Origin: a virus
Reading direction: 5' to 3' (one strand)
Length of the DNA: 39,182 nucleotides
Virus record (IMG/VR): IMGVR_UViG_3300021184_000001
Location: 98,854-138,035 of that record
This document shows, one piece after another, positions 1 through 8,128 of the stretch. The notes under the pieces were generated by a model, which had not been told where the DNA came from, made no database searches, and saw nothing but the letters and a program-made list of their open reading frames with translations. Numbering within the stretch: the first letter of the stretch is position 1; every line of letters starts with the position of its first letter. A program made the translations under genes and the position numbers.

Positions 1-73
1 CGCGCTCGAATCCCTCCTTGACGATCTCCTCGGTACGGAAGCGCACCGCGAGTTCCGCAACGCAACGGCGTAG
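1..73 (+). CDS. 3' end of a hypothetical protein (truncated by window start)
   Basis: Frame 2 reads ALESLLDDLLGTEAHREFRNATA* with GC3-rich codons; stop TAG at 71-73. Confidence 0.5.
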   Translation, partial: ALESLLDDLLGTEAHREFRNATA

Positions 74-83
74 ACGCCCAGTG

Positions 84-110
84 GTGACCAGGGCACGGGG
101 GTGCCTGGTC
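84..110 (+). repeat. Intergenic hairpin, family A copy 1 (GTGACCAGGGCAC-GGGG-GTGCCTGGTC)
   Basis: Inverted repeat 86-96/101-110 with one bulge; near-identical to 1357-1381. Confidence 0.7.
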
Positions 111-144
111 CCGCGCTGAGTGTCTATTCGGAAGGAGCAAGGCA

Positions 145-678
145 TTGGTGTACGGGTATGCGGATTCGCCGCAGATCGGGCAGCTGTCGCGGTACGTCCG
201 CAAGTGGGAGTCCGCGCCGGGCGACCCGGCTGCGGAGGTCAACCTGTGGGAGCGCGAGGTCGACGCCGAGCCGCACCCGCTGGTGCTGGAGCTGGCGGCC
301 GACGACAAGGACGGGGTCAGCGCGGCGCTGGCCTACCTCGCGGAAGGGTCCACGTCGGACGCGCCCGCCCTCATCCGGTGGATGATGGCCGGTGCGTTCA
401 AGGGGCACTTCGAGAGCAACGCGTCGTTCTGCAAGGACCAGTTCGCGGACAAGATCGCCGACCACATGGAGGACTGGACGGGCAGTCAGGAGATCGGGTT
501 CCCCCTCGGTGTGGACTGGGGGGAGGCGATCGACTGGGAAGACATCGCGTACAAGGCGGTCGCCGGTCCGTGGGCGTGCGAGGACGAACAGGTCTTCTAC
601 TCTATCGACGTCGACTCTGGCGTGTACGTCTTCGACATGTCGATTCCCTTCTCCGACTACGAGAACGACGAGGAGTAA
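145..678 (+). CDS. ArdA-like antirestriction protein, paralog 1
   Basis: GAAGGAG RBS plus TTG start; acidic; motifs GAFKGHFESNASFC, IDWEDIA and YVFD resemble the ArdA C-terminal pattern; clear paralog of 2174 and 3524. Confidence 0.6.
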   Translation: MVYGYADSPQIGQLSRYVRKWESAPGDPAAEVNLWEREVDAEPHPLVLELAADDKDGVSAALAYLAEGSTSDAPALIRWMMAGAFKGHFESNASFCKDQFADKIADHMEDWTGSQEIGFPLGVDWGEAIDWEDIAYKAVAGPWACEDEQVFYSIDVDSGVYVFDMSIPFSDYENDEE

Positions 679-681
679 GGC

Positions 682-963
682 ATGGGCGAGAGGAGCTACC
701 GGCTCAGGTTCAGCCCGCGAGTGATCCACATTCAGGAGGTGCCCGAAGACCGCGAGACCGAGCCGGTCATGAAGTGCGCGGCCCTCTCCTACCGGCCCGG
801 GGGTACGAACCTCGGTTATAGCGCCGAGGTGTTCGCCACGGTCGAGGAGGCGCTGAAGCAGGTCCGGTACAAGGCCCTGCTGTTCGACCAGCAGCTGTGC
901 AAGCGGTGCGAGAAGGCGGCCGAACGCGTCATCGACCAGCAGCAGGGAAAGGGGAGCGCATGA
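682..963 (+). CDS. Hypothetical protein with CxxC (LCKRCEKAA)
   Basis: RBS AGGAG, coupled to neighbours. Confidence 0.75.
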   Translation: MGERSYRLRFSPRVIHIQEVPEDRETEPVMKCAALSYRPGGTNLGYSAEVFATVEEALKQVRYKALLFDQQLCKRCEKAAERVIDQQQGKGSA

Positions 964-1346
964 GCGGCTTCGAGTGGCACCGCGACGAGGTAGAGCCGGT
1001 GATCCGCGCGGTCGAGAAGGTCACGGGTACGCCGTGGTTCTCGATCGGCATCGACCTCGGAAACGGGGTGCGCTACATCTCCGATCAGCGGGCCGTGACC
1101 TACGACGACCGGACTGCCGGTGCGCTGTGCGCGGTGGCGTTCCTGTGCGGCGTGGTCGAGGGGGCCGACCTCGGGAACGACCTCGTCCCGGGGGCGATGC
1201 GGGAGCAGGTAAGGAACGCAGGCGTCAACCCCGGTGCGCAGATGCGCGAGCACGAGTGGAAGGAGGCCGAGCGGATCGCCGCCCATGTGTCGGCGGCGTA
1301 TCGGCACGGGCTCGCCGACGGGAAGGCGATCAAGGCCGACGGCTAG
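960..1346 (+). CDS. Hypothetical protein
   Basis: ATGA overlap with previous stop, GGAG RBS. Confidence 0.75.
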   Translation: MSGFEWHRDEVEPVIRAVEKVTGTPWFSIGIDLGNGVRYISDQRAVTYDDRTAGALCAVAFLCGVVEGADLGNDLVPGAMREQVRNAGVNPGAQMREHEWKEAERIAAHVSAAYRHGLADGKAIKADG

Positions 1347-1356
1347 GAGTCCGGTC

Positions 1357-1381
1357 GTGACCAGGCGCGGGGGTGCTGGTC
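1357..1381 (+). repeat. Intergenic hairpin, family A copy 2
   Basis: GTGACCAGGCGC-GGGG-GTGCTGGTC; stem extends over 1352-1388 with G-U pairs. Confidence 0.7.
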
Positions 1382-1418
1382 GCGGCCGAAGTTCTATCGG
1401 TTGAGCGAAGGAGCATGA

Positions 1419-1727
1419 ATGCAGGTGTACCGAGTGGACGAGGACACCACGGACGAGCCGGTCGAGATCATCGATGCGTCGTTCGCGGAGGTCCGGGCGT
1501 GCATCTTCCTGGACACGGACGAGCAGGGCGACGTCTGGTCGTTCGAGCTCCAGAAGCGCGAGACCGGGCAGACGGCGGGTATGCGCTACTACGACGCGTG
1601 GAAGGTCGTGAGCCTGCCGATGGCGGCTCCGACGTACAGCGTGGGCATCCGCGACATGTCCGAGGCGATGACGCGGGCCGCGCTGTCCGTGGCTGCGCTG
1701 GTCATCGAAGAACTCACCGAAGGGTAG
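1419..1727 (+). CDS. Hypothetical acidic protein
   Basis: GAAGGAG RBS, GC3 bias. Confidence 0.75.
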   Translation: MQVYRVDEDTTDEPVEIIDASFAEVRACIFLDTDEQGDVWSFELQKRETGQTAGMRYYDAWKVVSLPMAAPTYSVGIRDMSEAMTRAALSVAALVIEELTEG

Positions 1728-1740
1728 AGGAGGGAACGTC

Positions 1741-2046
1741 ATGGAGCGCCTGGAGAGAACGGAGCTAGCGGAGCTGTCCACCGACGAGCAGTTGGAGGCG
1801 TGCGTCGAGGTCTACCGGGAGGTGCGCGACAAGCACGGTGAATCGGTCGCCGTCGATGTCGTGGAAGCGCTGGTGGGAGCTTCGATCTTCACGGCTGGAT
1901 GGGTCCGCGCCATGGGCGAGTGCGCCTACCGGCAGCAGGACGAGGCGGTGCGCGTCGAAGGGAACCCGGGGGAGGGTGAGCGGTTCGGGGAGGCGGGCGA
2001 CACGTTGACCAGCGTGGCCTACCGGATCGAACAGCGACAGAAGTAA
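1741..2046 (+). CDS. Hypothetical acidic protein
   Basis: GAGGAGG RBS, GC3 bias. Confidence 0.75.
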   Translation: MERLERTELAELSTDEQLEACVEVYREVRDKHGESVAVDVVEALVGASIFTAGWVRAMGECAYRQQDEAVRVEGNPGEGERFGEAGDTLTSVAYRIEQRQK

Positions 2047-2053
2047 GCGTTTT

Positions 2054-2096
2054 CTGGGGGTCGGGAGGCGGTGGTGTCCCGACCCCCAGGGTTTTG
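2054..2096 (+). terminator. Hairpin (13-bp stem) containing core motif B copy 1; possible intrinsic terminator
   Basis: CTGGGGGTCGGGA (2054-2066) / TCCCGACCCCCAG (2077-2089), followed by GTTTT. Confidence 0.65.
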
Positions 2097-2173
2097 GCAA
2101 TCATGTCTGCATCTACCTGGTTATATTCGAGACTATAAATATCTGACATTGTTGGCTTCGAGGAAGGGGCGGT

Positions 2174-2677
2174 ATGGAAGTAACCGAGGACGTGATCACA
2201 CTGTCCGCGAAGATGTTCCAGGAAGTGCTCGGCGAGCACTGGGAAGCGGGCCCTCAGTGGGAGGGCGCGCATCCGGCGGTGATGGAACTGCTCGAACAGC
2301 ACGGGCCGCTCGCGGCCAGCGCTGCGCTGGTGTACATCGAGCGGGGCAACAGGGGTGCGGGTGCGGGTGCGGTGCACACCGTGCGGTGGATGCTGGCGGG
2401 CGGCTATCTCGGGGACTTCACCGACATGGCCGAGTTCGCCGAGCGCCAGTTCGCCGGGGAGTTCCAGCGCTGGTTCGACAAGTGGGGCCAGCGTGAACAG
2501 CTCGGGTTCCCGAACATCGAGATCAGCGACGTGAGCCCGATCTGGGAGTCGGTGGGGTACGCGCTCGAACACGAGGACCGATTCCCCGCGCACTTCGCGT
2601 TTCTCACCAGCGTCAATCCCTCGGGCGCGCCGGTGGTGTACGCCTTCGACAACTTCGCGAGGCTCACCGGATCGTGA
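2174..2677 (+). CDS. ArdA-like antirestriction protein, paralog 2
   Basis: HPAVMEL...VRWMLAGGYLGDFTDMAEFAERQFA...IWESVG...YAFD; aligns with 145 and 3524. Confidence 0.6.
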   Translation: MEVTEDVITLSAKMFQEVLGEHWEAGPQWEGAHPAVMELLEQHGPLAASAALVYIERGNRGAGAGAVHTVRWMLAGGYLGDFTDMAEFAERQFAGEFQRWFDKWGQREQLGFPNIEISDVSPIWESVGYALEHEDRFPAHFAFLTSVNPSGAPVVYAFDNFARLTGS

Positions 2678-2682
2678 GGAGA

Positions 2683-2736
2683 TGGGGGTCGGGCACGGTG
2701 GTGTCCCGACCCCCAGTGATATAGAAATCGTTCGAT
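2683..2736 (+). promoter_or_regulatory. Hairpin plus core motif B copy 2 with extension, then AT-rich promoter-like DNA
   Basis: TGGGGGTCGGG (2683-2693) / CCCGACCCCCA (2705-2715); GTGTCCCGACCCCCA starts at 2701, 100 nt before GTG 2801. Confidence 0.6.
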
Positions 2737-2800
2737 TAATTGTTGCTGCCTGCCAGCGACGATACTTCGCATTCAATTTGATCGATGAAAGGTGCGCACA

Positions 2801-3133
2801 GTGGATTCGGAGCGAATGACGTACGCGCAGGCGGTGGGTGAGGCGCCGACCGGTTCGCCCTCGTTCGTGGCGGGGGTCGACTTCGACCCGTCCGATCCCG
2901 ATGAGGTCGAGGTGGTAAAGCTCGCGAGCCAGACGCACGGGGCCGAACGCATGCGGTACCTCGAAGCGGAGAACGCCCGGTTGCGCGGCCTCGTGGAAAA
3001 CCTGTCGGAGCAGATCGCCGAGAACAAGGACCGGGAGGAAGACGAAGAGCACGAGGACGTCGAAGCCGGGTACTTCGCGCCCGAGCCGTGGGAGATGACC
3101 GACGGGCTCGATATGCCCTCGTACGGAAGCTGA
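2801..3133 (+). CDS. Hypothetical acidic coiled-coil protein
   Basis: GAAAGG RBS before GTG 2801; YLEAENARLRGLVE heptad pattern. Confidence 0.7.
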   Translation: MDSERMTYAQAVGEAPTGSPSFVAGVDFDPSDPDEVEVVKLASQTHGAERMRYLEAENARLRGLVENLSEQIAENKDREEDEEHEDVEAGYFAPEPWEMTDGLDMPSYGS

Positions 3134-3140
3134 GGACTGC

Positions 3141-3521
3141 ATGACCTACATCGTCCAGCACTGGAGTGTCGGGTACAACGAGGTGGGCGACGCGCCCAAC
3201 CCCGACAACATCGACCACGGCGTGACCGTTGATGAGGCGGTGACCATCGTGGCCGGGCACTTCTACCACTTCGCGCACATCGCCGAGAACCGCGAGGAGG
3301 AGCGAGCGTTCCGGAACGCGGGTCAGCTCTACGACAGCCGCCTGCTCAAGACCGGGTACGACAAGATCATCGAGGCTCTGGAGCGGGGCGCGCGCCTGCA
3401 CGGCCCGAAGGGGTCGGCGTTGGGGGGCGGCACGCTCTCGCACGTGACGCGCGGCGTCGAGGTCTGGGTGATGCCGTGCTTCGAGCCGGAGTGCGACCAG
3501 ATCACCGAGGAAGGAGCGTAG
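3141..3521 (+). CDS. Hypothetical protein
   Basis: GAGGA RBS, GC3 bias. Confidence 0.75.
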   Translation: MTYIVQHWSVGYNEVGDAPNPDNIDHGVTVDEAVTIVAGHFYHFAHIAENREEERAFRNAGQLYDSRLLKTGYDKIIEALERGARLHGPKGSALGGGTLSHVTRGVEVWVMPCFEPECDQITEEGA

Positions 3522-3523
3522 GC

Positions 3524-4090
3524 ATGGAAGATCCATACAGGGCCAAGATGTGGAAGCGGCAGTATGTGACCGAGCTGTCGGGTCGGCAGCTGTCGTTCGC
3601 CCTGGCGCAGGAGGAGGACCCGACGCTGACGTCGAGTATGTGGGACAACGTCCCGCATCCGCTCGCGGTCAAGCTGGAGGAGACCCACGGCAGGGACGGC
3701 ATCGACGCCGCGCACGCGTGGCGCCGCGCGGATGACACGCATCCGCTCTCGGCGGTCATCCGATGGATGAACGCGGGTGGCTTCAAAGGCCGGTGGGAAT
3801 CGAACGAGACGTTCTGCCGCGACCAGTTCGCCAGTCCCGAGGATCTGGGGAAGGGTTCCTTGCTGGACCACCTCGCGACCTGGGACGGGACGCAGCGCGG
3901 GTTCACCCGCTGGGGCGACCTCTCCAACAGGGCGATCGGGGACCTGTTCGACTGGACCGAGTGGGCCGAGCAGACCATGAACCGCAAGGGCGCGGCGTTC
4001 CGGTCGGTGGCCGGGCGCGCGACCGGCTATCCGCAGTGGGTGTACGTCTTCGACGTCACCGAGGGCGGCGCAGGTGACTACGTCGAGTAG
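3524..4090 (+). CDS. ArdA-like antirestriction protein, paralog 3
   Basis: HPLAVKL...VIRWMNAGGFKGRWESNETFCRDQFA...LFDWTEWA...YVFD; closest to 145. Confidence 0.6.
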   Translation: MEDPYRAKMWKRQYVTELSGRQLSFALAQEEDPTLTSSMWDNVPHPLAVKLEETHGRDGIDAAHAWRRADDTHPLSAVIRWMNAGGFKGRWESNETFCRDQFASPEDLGKGSLLDHLATWDGTQRGFTRWGDLSNRAIGDLFDWTEWAEQTMNRKGAAFRSVAGRATGYPQWVYVFDVTEGGAGDYVE

Positions 4091-4161
4091 GCCCTCAGTG
4101 GGGGCCGGGCATCGTCCGGCCGTCCGCTGTGAACCTATTTGAAGCAAGGGAGGGAATCACT

Positions 4162-4437
4162 ATGGCTCGGTACGGTGTCACGTCGGATTACGACTACGCC
4201 GCCACTCACAAACGCGACCGCATCGAGGTCTGGTCAGGTCCGTTCTATTCCACTTGGGAGGCCAGCGGGTTGTCGCTTCCCAAGGGGGACGGCTACATGC
4301 TGACCACCCACAACGGCGACAAAATCAGGGTCACCTGCGTGACGCCCCGGACCGATGCCAACTACGAGGACATCGACAACGCGGTAGCCGCTGCGTTGCA
4401 TGACTTCTACAAGGAAGGTTCGCAGCATGACGATTGA
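4162..4437 (+). CDS. Hypothetical protein
   Basis: GGGAGG RBS before ATG 4162. Confidence 0.7.
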   Translation: MARYGVTSDYDYAATHKRDRIEVWSGPFYSTWEASGLSLPKGDGYMLTTHNGDKIRVTCVTPRTDANYEDIDNAVAAALHDFYKEGSQHDD

Positions 4438-4723
4438 ATTCCTCGGGCCGTACGAGACCGAAGAACCGACGGCGCGCTGGTCTGGTCAGGCGAACGACGA
4501 TAGCGTGCTCGCCCTGGTCAAGACAGGCTCGTTCCCCGGTGAATACCTGTTGCTGTGGTACGTCATGCGCGAGTGGATGCGGGCCGACGGGAGCACACGG
4601 CAGTGGATGTTCGAGTGGGCAGCCGAACGGTCCGAACAATTCGGAACCTTTACCAATGAAGAGGACGCGATCGAGGCGGCGAAGGCCGCGCTTACCGAGC
4701 ACTGCGGAAAGGAATGGTCGTAG
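4427..4723 (+). CDS. Hypothetical protein
   Basis: AAGGAAGG RBS; overlaps upstream stop. Confidence 0.7.
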   Translation: MTIEFLGPYETEEPTARWSGQANDDSVLALVKTGSFPGEYLLLWYVMREWMRADGSTRQWMFEWAAERSEQFGTFTNEEDAIEAAKAALTEHCGKEWS

Positions 4724-5695
4724 ATGGAGATCGAGTCAAGCCGGGTTGAGGGCCTGAGGGTCCGTGTGTTCCGCGACGAGGACCCCGGGGAGCTGGGCGA
4801 CCAGGGGGATTTCGGGCCGCTGGTCGTGTCGGTGCCGAAGCCGAACCGGGATGGTTCGCCGGTGATCGAGGACGGCGGTCAGTACGTCGGGGACTTCGAC
4901 GTTACGCGGCTGGCGTGGGCGGCGTCGCACTACGCGATCGGGAACGTGCGCGAGGAGCCCACGGCCCGGTACCTGTGGCTGGCCTACGGCGTGAAGGCCC
5001 AGCTCATCCAGACCACCCCGGACGGGGACACCTGGTGGGCCGTGGCGACTCCTGAGTGGATCACCTCGGTCCTCGGGTCGGACGCCGACGTGGACGCCGC
5101 ACTGGAGCAGTCCGCTCAGTTCGTGCGCGACTGGTGCGAGGGCAACGTGTACGGCTACACGGTCGAGTACGAGGCCGAGTGGACGCACCACGCGACCGGT
5201 CTCAAACGCCAGGAGTGGCAGCCGCTGGAGAACGGCGACTACTCCTCGTCGGGCATGGTCGGGTACGACTACGCCGTGGAGGAGGCGCGCCGCGCGCTGG
5301 CCGAGGTGGAGCTGGAGCAGCCCATCATGTGCCCGCAGGCGAGGCCCCACTACTACCGGCCGAGAGAGCTGGACCTGTGGAAGGCGGTGGCCGAACCCGC
5401 GACGCTGGAGGGCTTCACGGTTGTCGGCCACGAGCACGAGCGCGAGACGGCGTGGTCGTACTGGCTGGAGTGCGGCACGAACGACGCGGTCCAGGTCGAC
5501 GCGGCCCGGATCTGGATGGCGCTGGTGGCGGCTGCGACCGGCGCGATGCGGATCGATGCGGCGCTGGCACTGGAGTGCCGCGACCTGGTCACCTGCGACT
5601 GGTCCCGCTACCGTACGCCGCTCTCGCCGCAAGCCGCTGACGCGGTCTTCCACCTCGCGGTGTGCGGCGACGGACTGGTCCCCGACCCACGATAA
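4724..5695 (+). CDS. Two-domain hypothetical protein; C-terminal domain paralogous to 13436 and 13870
   Basis: N-domain with WCEGNVYGYTVE...GMVGYDYA; C-domain with IWMALVAAATG...AADAVFHLAVCG. Confidence 0.8.
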   Translation: MEIESSRVEGLRVRVFRDEDPGELGDQGDFGPLVVSVPKPNRDGSPVIEDGGQYVGDFDVTRLAWAASHYAIGNVREEPTARYLWLAYGVKAQLIQTTPDGDTWWAVATPEWITSVLGSDADVDAALEQSAQFVRDWCEGNVYGYTVEYEAEWTHHATGLKRQEWQPLENGDYSSSGMVGYDYAVEEARRALAEVELEQPIMCPQARPHYYRPRELDLWKAVAEPATLEGFTVVGHEHERETAWSYWLECGTNDAVQVDAARIWMALVAAATGAMRIDAALALECRDLVTCDWSRYRTPLSPQAADAVFHLAVCGDGLVPDPR

Positions 5696-5707
5696 GAAGG
5701 AGCCCAG

Positions 5708-6097
5708 ATGGAATCGGTTGAACACTCGCCGGTCGGCAAGGAGAGGAAATCCTTGGTTGCGCGTCCGCAATCGGCGGCACCCCGTGCCGTGTTGAAGGCT
5801 GCCGCCGAGCAGTTGCGACACAGTGGACACGTCGAGGCCGCCGCCGAGTTGGAGCAGTGGCGCGAGGAACGGTACCCGCCGAGGTCGAACCAGCACCGCT
5901 GGGAGCGGTTCTTCCAGCGCAAGACCGAGGAAGGCTACTCGCTTGAGAAGGTGTGCCTCAACTGCGGACTGGAAGACCAGTACCGGCCGCTGGGTGAGGA
6001 CGGCCGCTGGCGTGGCGCATGGGTGTGGCCCGACGGGCGCACTGCGCAGCAATCGCTGACCCCGACCCCGCCGTGCACCCGAGAGGCGTACACATGA
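5708..6097 (+). CDS. Hypothetical protein with HRW...CxxCG Zn-ribbon-like motif
   Basis: GAAGGAG RBS; VCLNCG. Confidence 0.7.
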   Translation: MESVEHSPVGKERKSLVARPQSAAPRAVLKAAAEQLRHSGHVEAAAELEQWREERYPPRSNQHRWERFFQRKTEEGYSLEKVCLNCGLEDQYRPLGEDGRWRGAWVWPDGRTAQQSLTPTPPCTREAYT

Positions 6098-6822
6098 CAG
6101 AAGGAGCAGAACCGCCCATGGAACACCGCATCGAGTTGGCCGAAGGCGACGAGTACCGTCGCGAGCACTACGGCATCGAGTACACCTCGGCGTACGTCTA
6201 CCGCACCAAGGGCAACACGGGGCCGACCCGCATCCAGGTGTGGAACAACCTGCGCCGCCCGAACCCGCACCCCGGCGAGACCAAATGGGGTGCGATGGGG
6301 CCGATCGGCGGCGACGGCAAGTACCTCGACCCGTACAACAAGGGCACCGACGAGAAGGTCACGGTGCTGCTCGAACCCGAGTCGACGGTGATCAGTGCGC
6401 ACGGCGACTCGACCGGCACGGCCGCGTCCGGGCAGGTGTGGGCGAGAGACGTCGTCTTGGAGACCGGTGACGTGCTCGTCCTGGTGTACCCCGACGGCAG
6501 CGAGGAGCGGCGCGTCCTCACCTTCACCGACAACTACGGGCGCGGGCAGGCCGACCCGGTAAAGCCGGGGAGGGCGCTGCTCGACGAGGAGGAGGCGGCG
6601 CTGCTGAACCTGGCGGCCCGGTTCCTTCCGCAACGGGAGGGCGAGGAGTTCTCGCGGCCGTGCGTGGAGATCGGCGGCGTCCAGGTCTACGTCTACTTCG
6701 AGGACGGCGAGCTGCGCATCAGCACCCACTACGACACGGCCGACCCCGACGTCCTGACGGAGGCGGGCACGGTGCCGACGCGCGTGTCGATCGGCGGCGA
6801 CATGGAGTACTTCCAAGGCTGA
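6094..6822 (+). CDS. Hypothetical two-domain protein
   Basis: ATGA overlap, strong GC3 bias. Confidence 0.8.
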   Translation: MTEGAEPPMEHRIELAEGDEYRREHYGIEYTSAYVYRTKGNTGPTRIQVWNNLRRPNPHPGETKWGAMGPIGGDGKYLDPYNKGTDEKVTVLLEPESTVISAHGDSTGTAASGQVWARDVVLETGDVLVLVYPDGSEERRVLTFTDNYGRGQADPVKPGRALLDEEEAALLNLAARFLPQREGEEFSRPCVEIGGVQVYVYFEDGELRISTHYDTADPDVLTEAGTVPTRVSIGGDMEYFQG

Positions 6823-6858
6823 GTGTCCCGACCCCCATGGACATAGAAACAGTTCGAT
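6823..6858 (+). promoter_or_regulatory. Core motif B copy 3 with extension (no left hairpin arm)
   Basis: GTGTCCCGACCCCCATGGACATAGAAACAGTTCGAT matches 2701-2736; 98 nt before TTG 6921. Confidence 0.6.
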
Positions 6859-6920
6859 ACAACAGGGCTACCGCCTCTACTTATTTATGCATAGTGATCC
6901 ATGCATGGAATGGAGACAGA

Positions 6921-7478
6921 TTGACAGACTTCAATACTCAGCCGGGTGTGACGGTCGCGTTCGAGGCGCGCATGGAGTACGACCCCACCGGCCACGACTC
7001 CTCCGGGTGGGGCTTCGAGTGCGCGACGCCGCTGGAAGCGGTGAGCGCCCTGTCCTGGAAGCTCGGCCAGCTCATCGCTGAGGAGGCCGTCAGCTTCAGC
7101 GACAGCATCGACACCATCCGCCCTCCCTGGGGCGAGGACGACCCGAGCGACAAGGCCGCGAAGTGGCGACGCTTCGCCGCCTCGGCCGCCGCCGGGCACG
7201 ACGCGGAGATCATCCTCCACGGCAAGCGCTGGCTCGTGCGCCGCCACCAGCGCACCTGCTCCGACGGCCCCGGCCCCGACTGCACTGGCACCGTCAACTA
7301 CCACGCGTTCCTATCCGGCACCGGCAACGGGTCGAACCGGTGCGACGGGCACTGGGCCAAATCGTGCGAGCGCCACGAGGAGATCCGCCAGCGCTACCCC
7401 GACACCGAACCGGACGACTTCGACCCGACGTATGCGGGCGAGCGCTGGTATGAGGAGGACGATCCCCGCTACCACTAG
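6921..7478 (+). CDS. Hypothetical protein with Cys/His-rich C-terminal domain (DFDPTYAGERW)
   Basis: GGAG RBS before TTG 6921; the C-terminal motif is a type I recall from actinophage proteins. Confidence 0.65.
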   Translation: MTDFNTQPGVTVAFEARMEYDPTGHDSSGWGFECATPLEAVSALSWKLGQLIAEEAVSFSDSIDTIRPPWGEDDPSDKAAKWRRFAASAAAGHDAEIILHGKRWLVRRHQRTCSDGPGPDCTGTVNYHAFLSGTGNGSNRCDGHWAKSCERHEEIRQRYPDTEPDDFDPTYAGERWYEEDDPRYH

Positions 7479-7487
7479 CAGATCCGA

Positions 7488-7550
7488 GCCCGGCGCGCGA
7501 GCGCCGGGCGCAGGAACAAGCCCATCCGGAACGTGCCGGGTGGGCTTCTT
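7488..7550 (+). terminator. Tandem hairpins (GCGA tetraloop stem, then terminator-like stem)
   Basis: GCCCGGCGC/GCGCCGGGC at 7488-7509; AAGCCCATCCGG/CCGGGTGGGCTT at 7518-7547, ending in TTCTT. Confidence 0.65.
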
Positions 7551-7626
7551 CGTGCGCCCGAAACGGGAGCCCACTCACGCCCGCACCCTGCGGGCCACAT
7601 CAACGTCAGCAAGATGGAGGATACTC

Positions 7627-7869
7627 ATGAACCACCCCAACGGTAAGCGCAGCAAGGTTTTCGCGTTCGGCACGGGCCAGCTGGCCCTGCACAAGAGCAG
7701 CGGCACCAAGGTGAAAGTGGTGGGCGCGCGACGCAGCCCGATCGGTCTGCTCATTGTCGCCCGCGTCACCGGCGGCGCGAAGAAGGGCAGCCTCATCGTC
7801 GCCAAGGCGTCGAGCTTCGCCGCCCGCGCGAGCAAGACCGCCCCGACCGCTCTGGTCGTGGGTGTCTAA
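7627..7869 (+). CDS. Small, very basic beta-rich protein
   Basis: GGAGG RBS; K/R-rich, no D/E. Confidence 0.7.
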   Translation: MNHPNGKRSKVFAFGTGQLALHKSSGTKVKVVGARRSPIGLLIVARVTGGAKKGSLIVAKASSFAARASKTAPTALVVGV

Positions 7870-7888
7870 CCCAAGGAACGAGAATCAG

Positions 7889-8128
7889 ATGAGTGAGCAC
7901 AAGCAGCCGCAGCGCTGTGTTGTGGCCTCGTGCGGGCGCGTGCCCGTGCAGATCGAGCACTACGAGATCGACAACCCGGCTGCGCCCGGCGAGAGCGCGG
8001 GCACGGCCGCGATGGCCGTGTGCGGGGGTCACACCGGCATCGCGATCCACAAGGGGCGCATGACCGGGATCGAGCCGATCCCCGGCATCGTCGCCTACAA
8101 GGACACGCCCCTGAAAGGAGCGGCATGA
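7889..8128 (+). CDS. Hypothetical protein, Cys/His Zn-binding-like
   Basis: AAGGAA RBS; CVVASC...VCGGH. Confidence 0.7.
   Translation: MSEHKQPQRCVVASCGRVPVQIEHYEIDNPAAPGESAGTAAMAVCGGHTGIAIHKGRMTGIEPIPGIVAYKDTPLKGAA

Noticed and set aside
2353-2375. GGTGCG tandem repeat
   Set aside because: Only 3-4 in-frame units encoding GAGAGA; no sign of a phase-variable role
2074-6858. CRISPR array made of the GTGTCCCGACCCCCA repeats
   Set aside because: Copies are 0.6 and 4.1 kb apart, separated by whole genes rather than 30-40-nt spacers; no cas genes in the window
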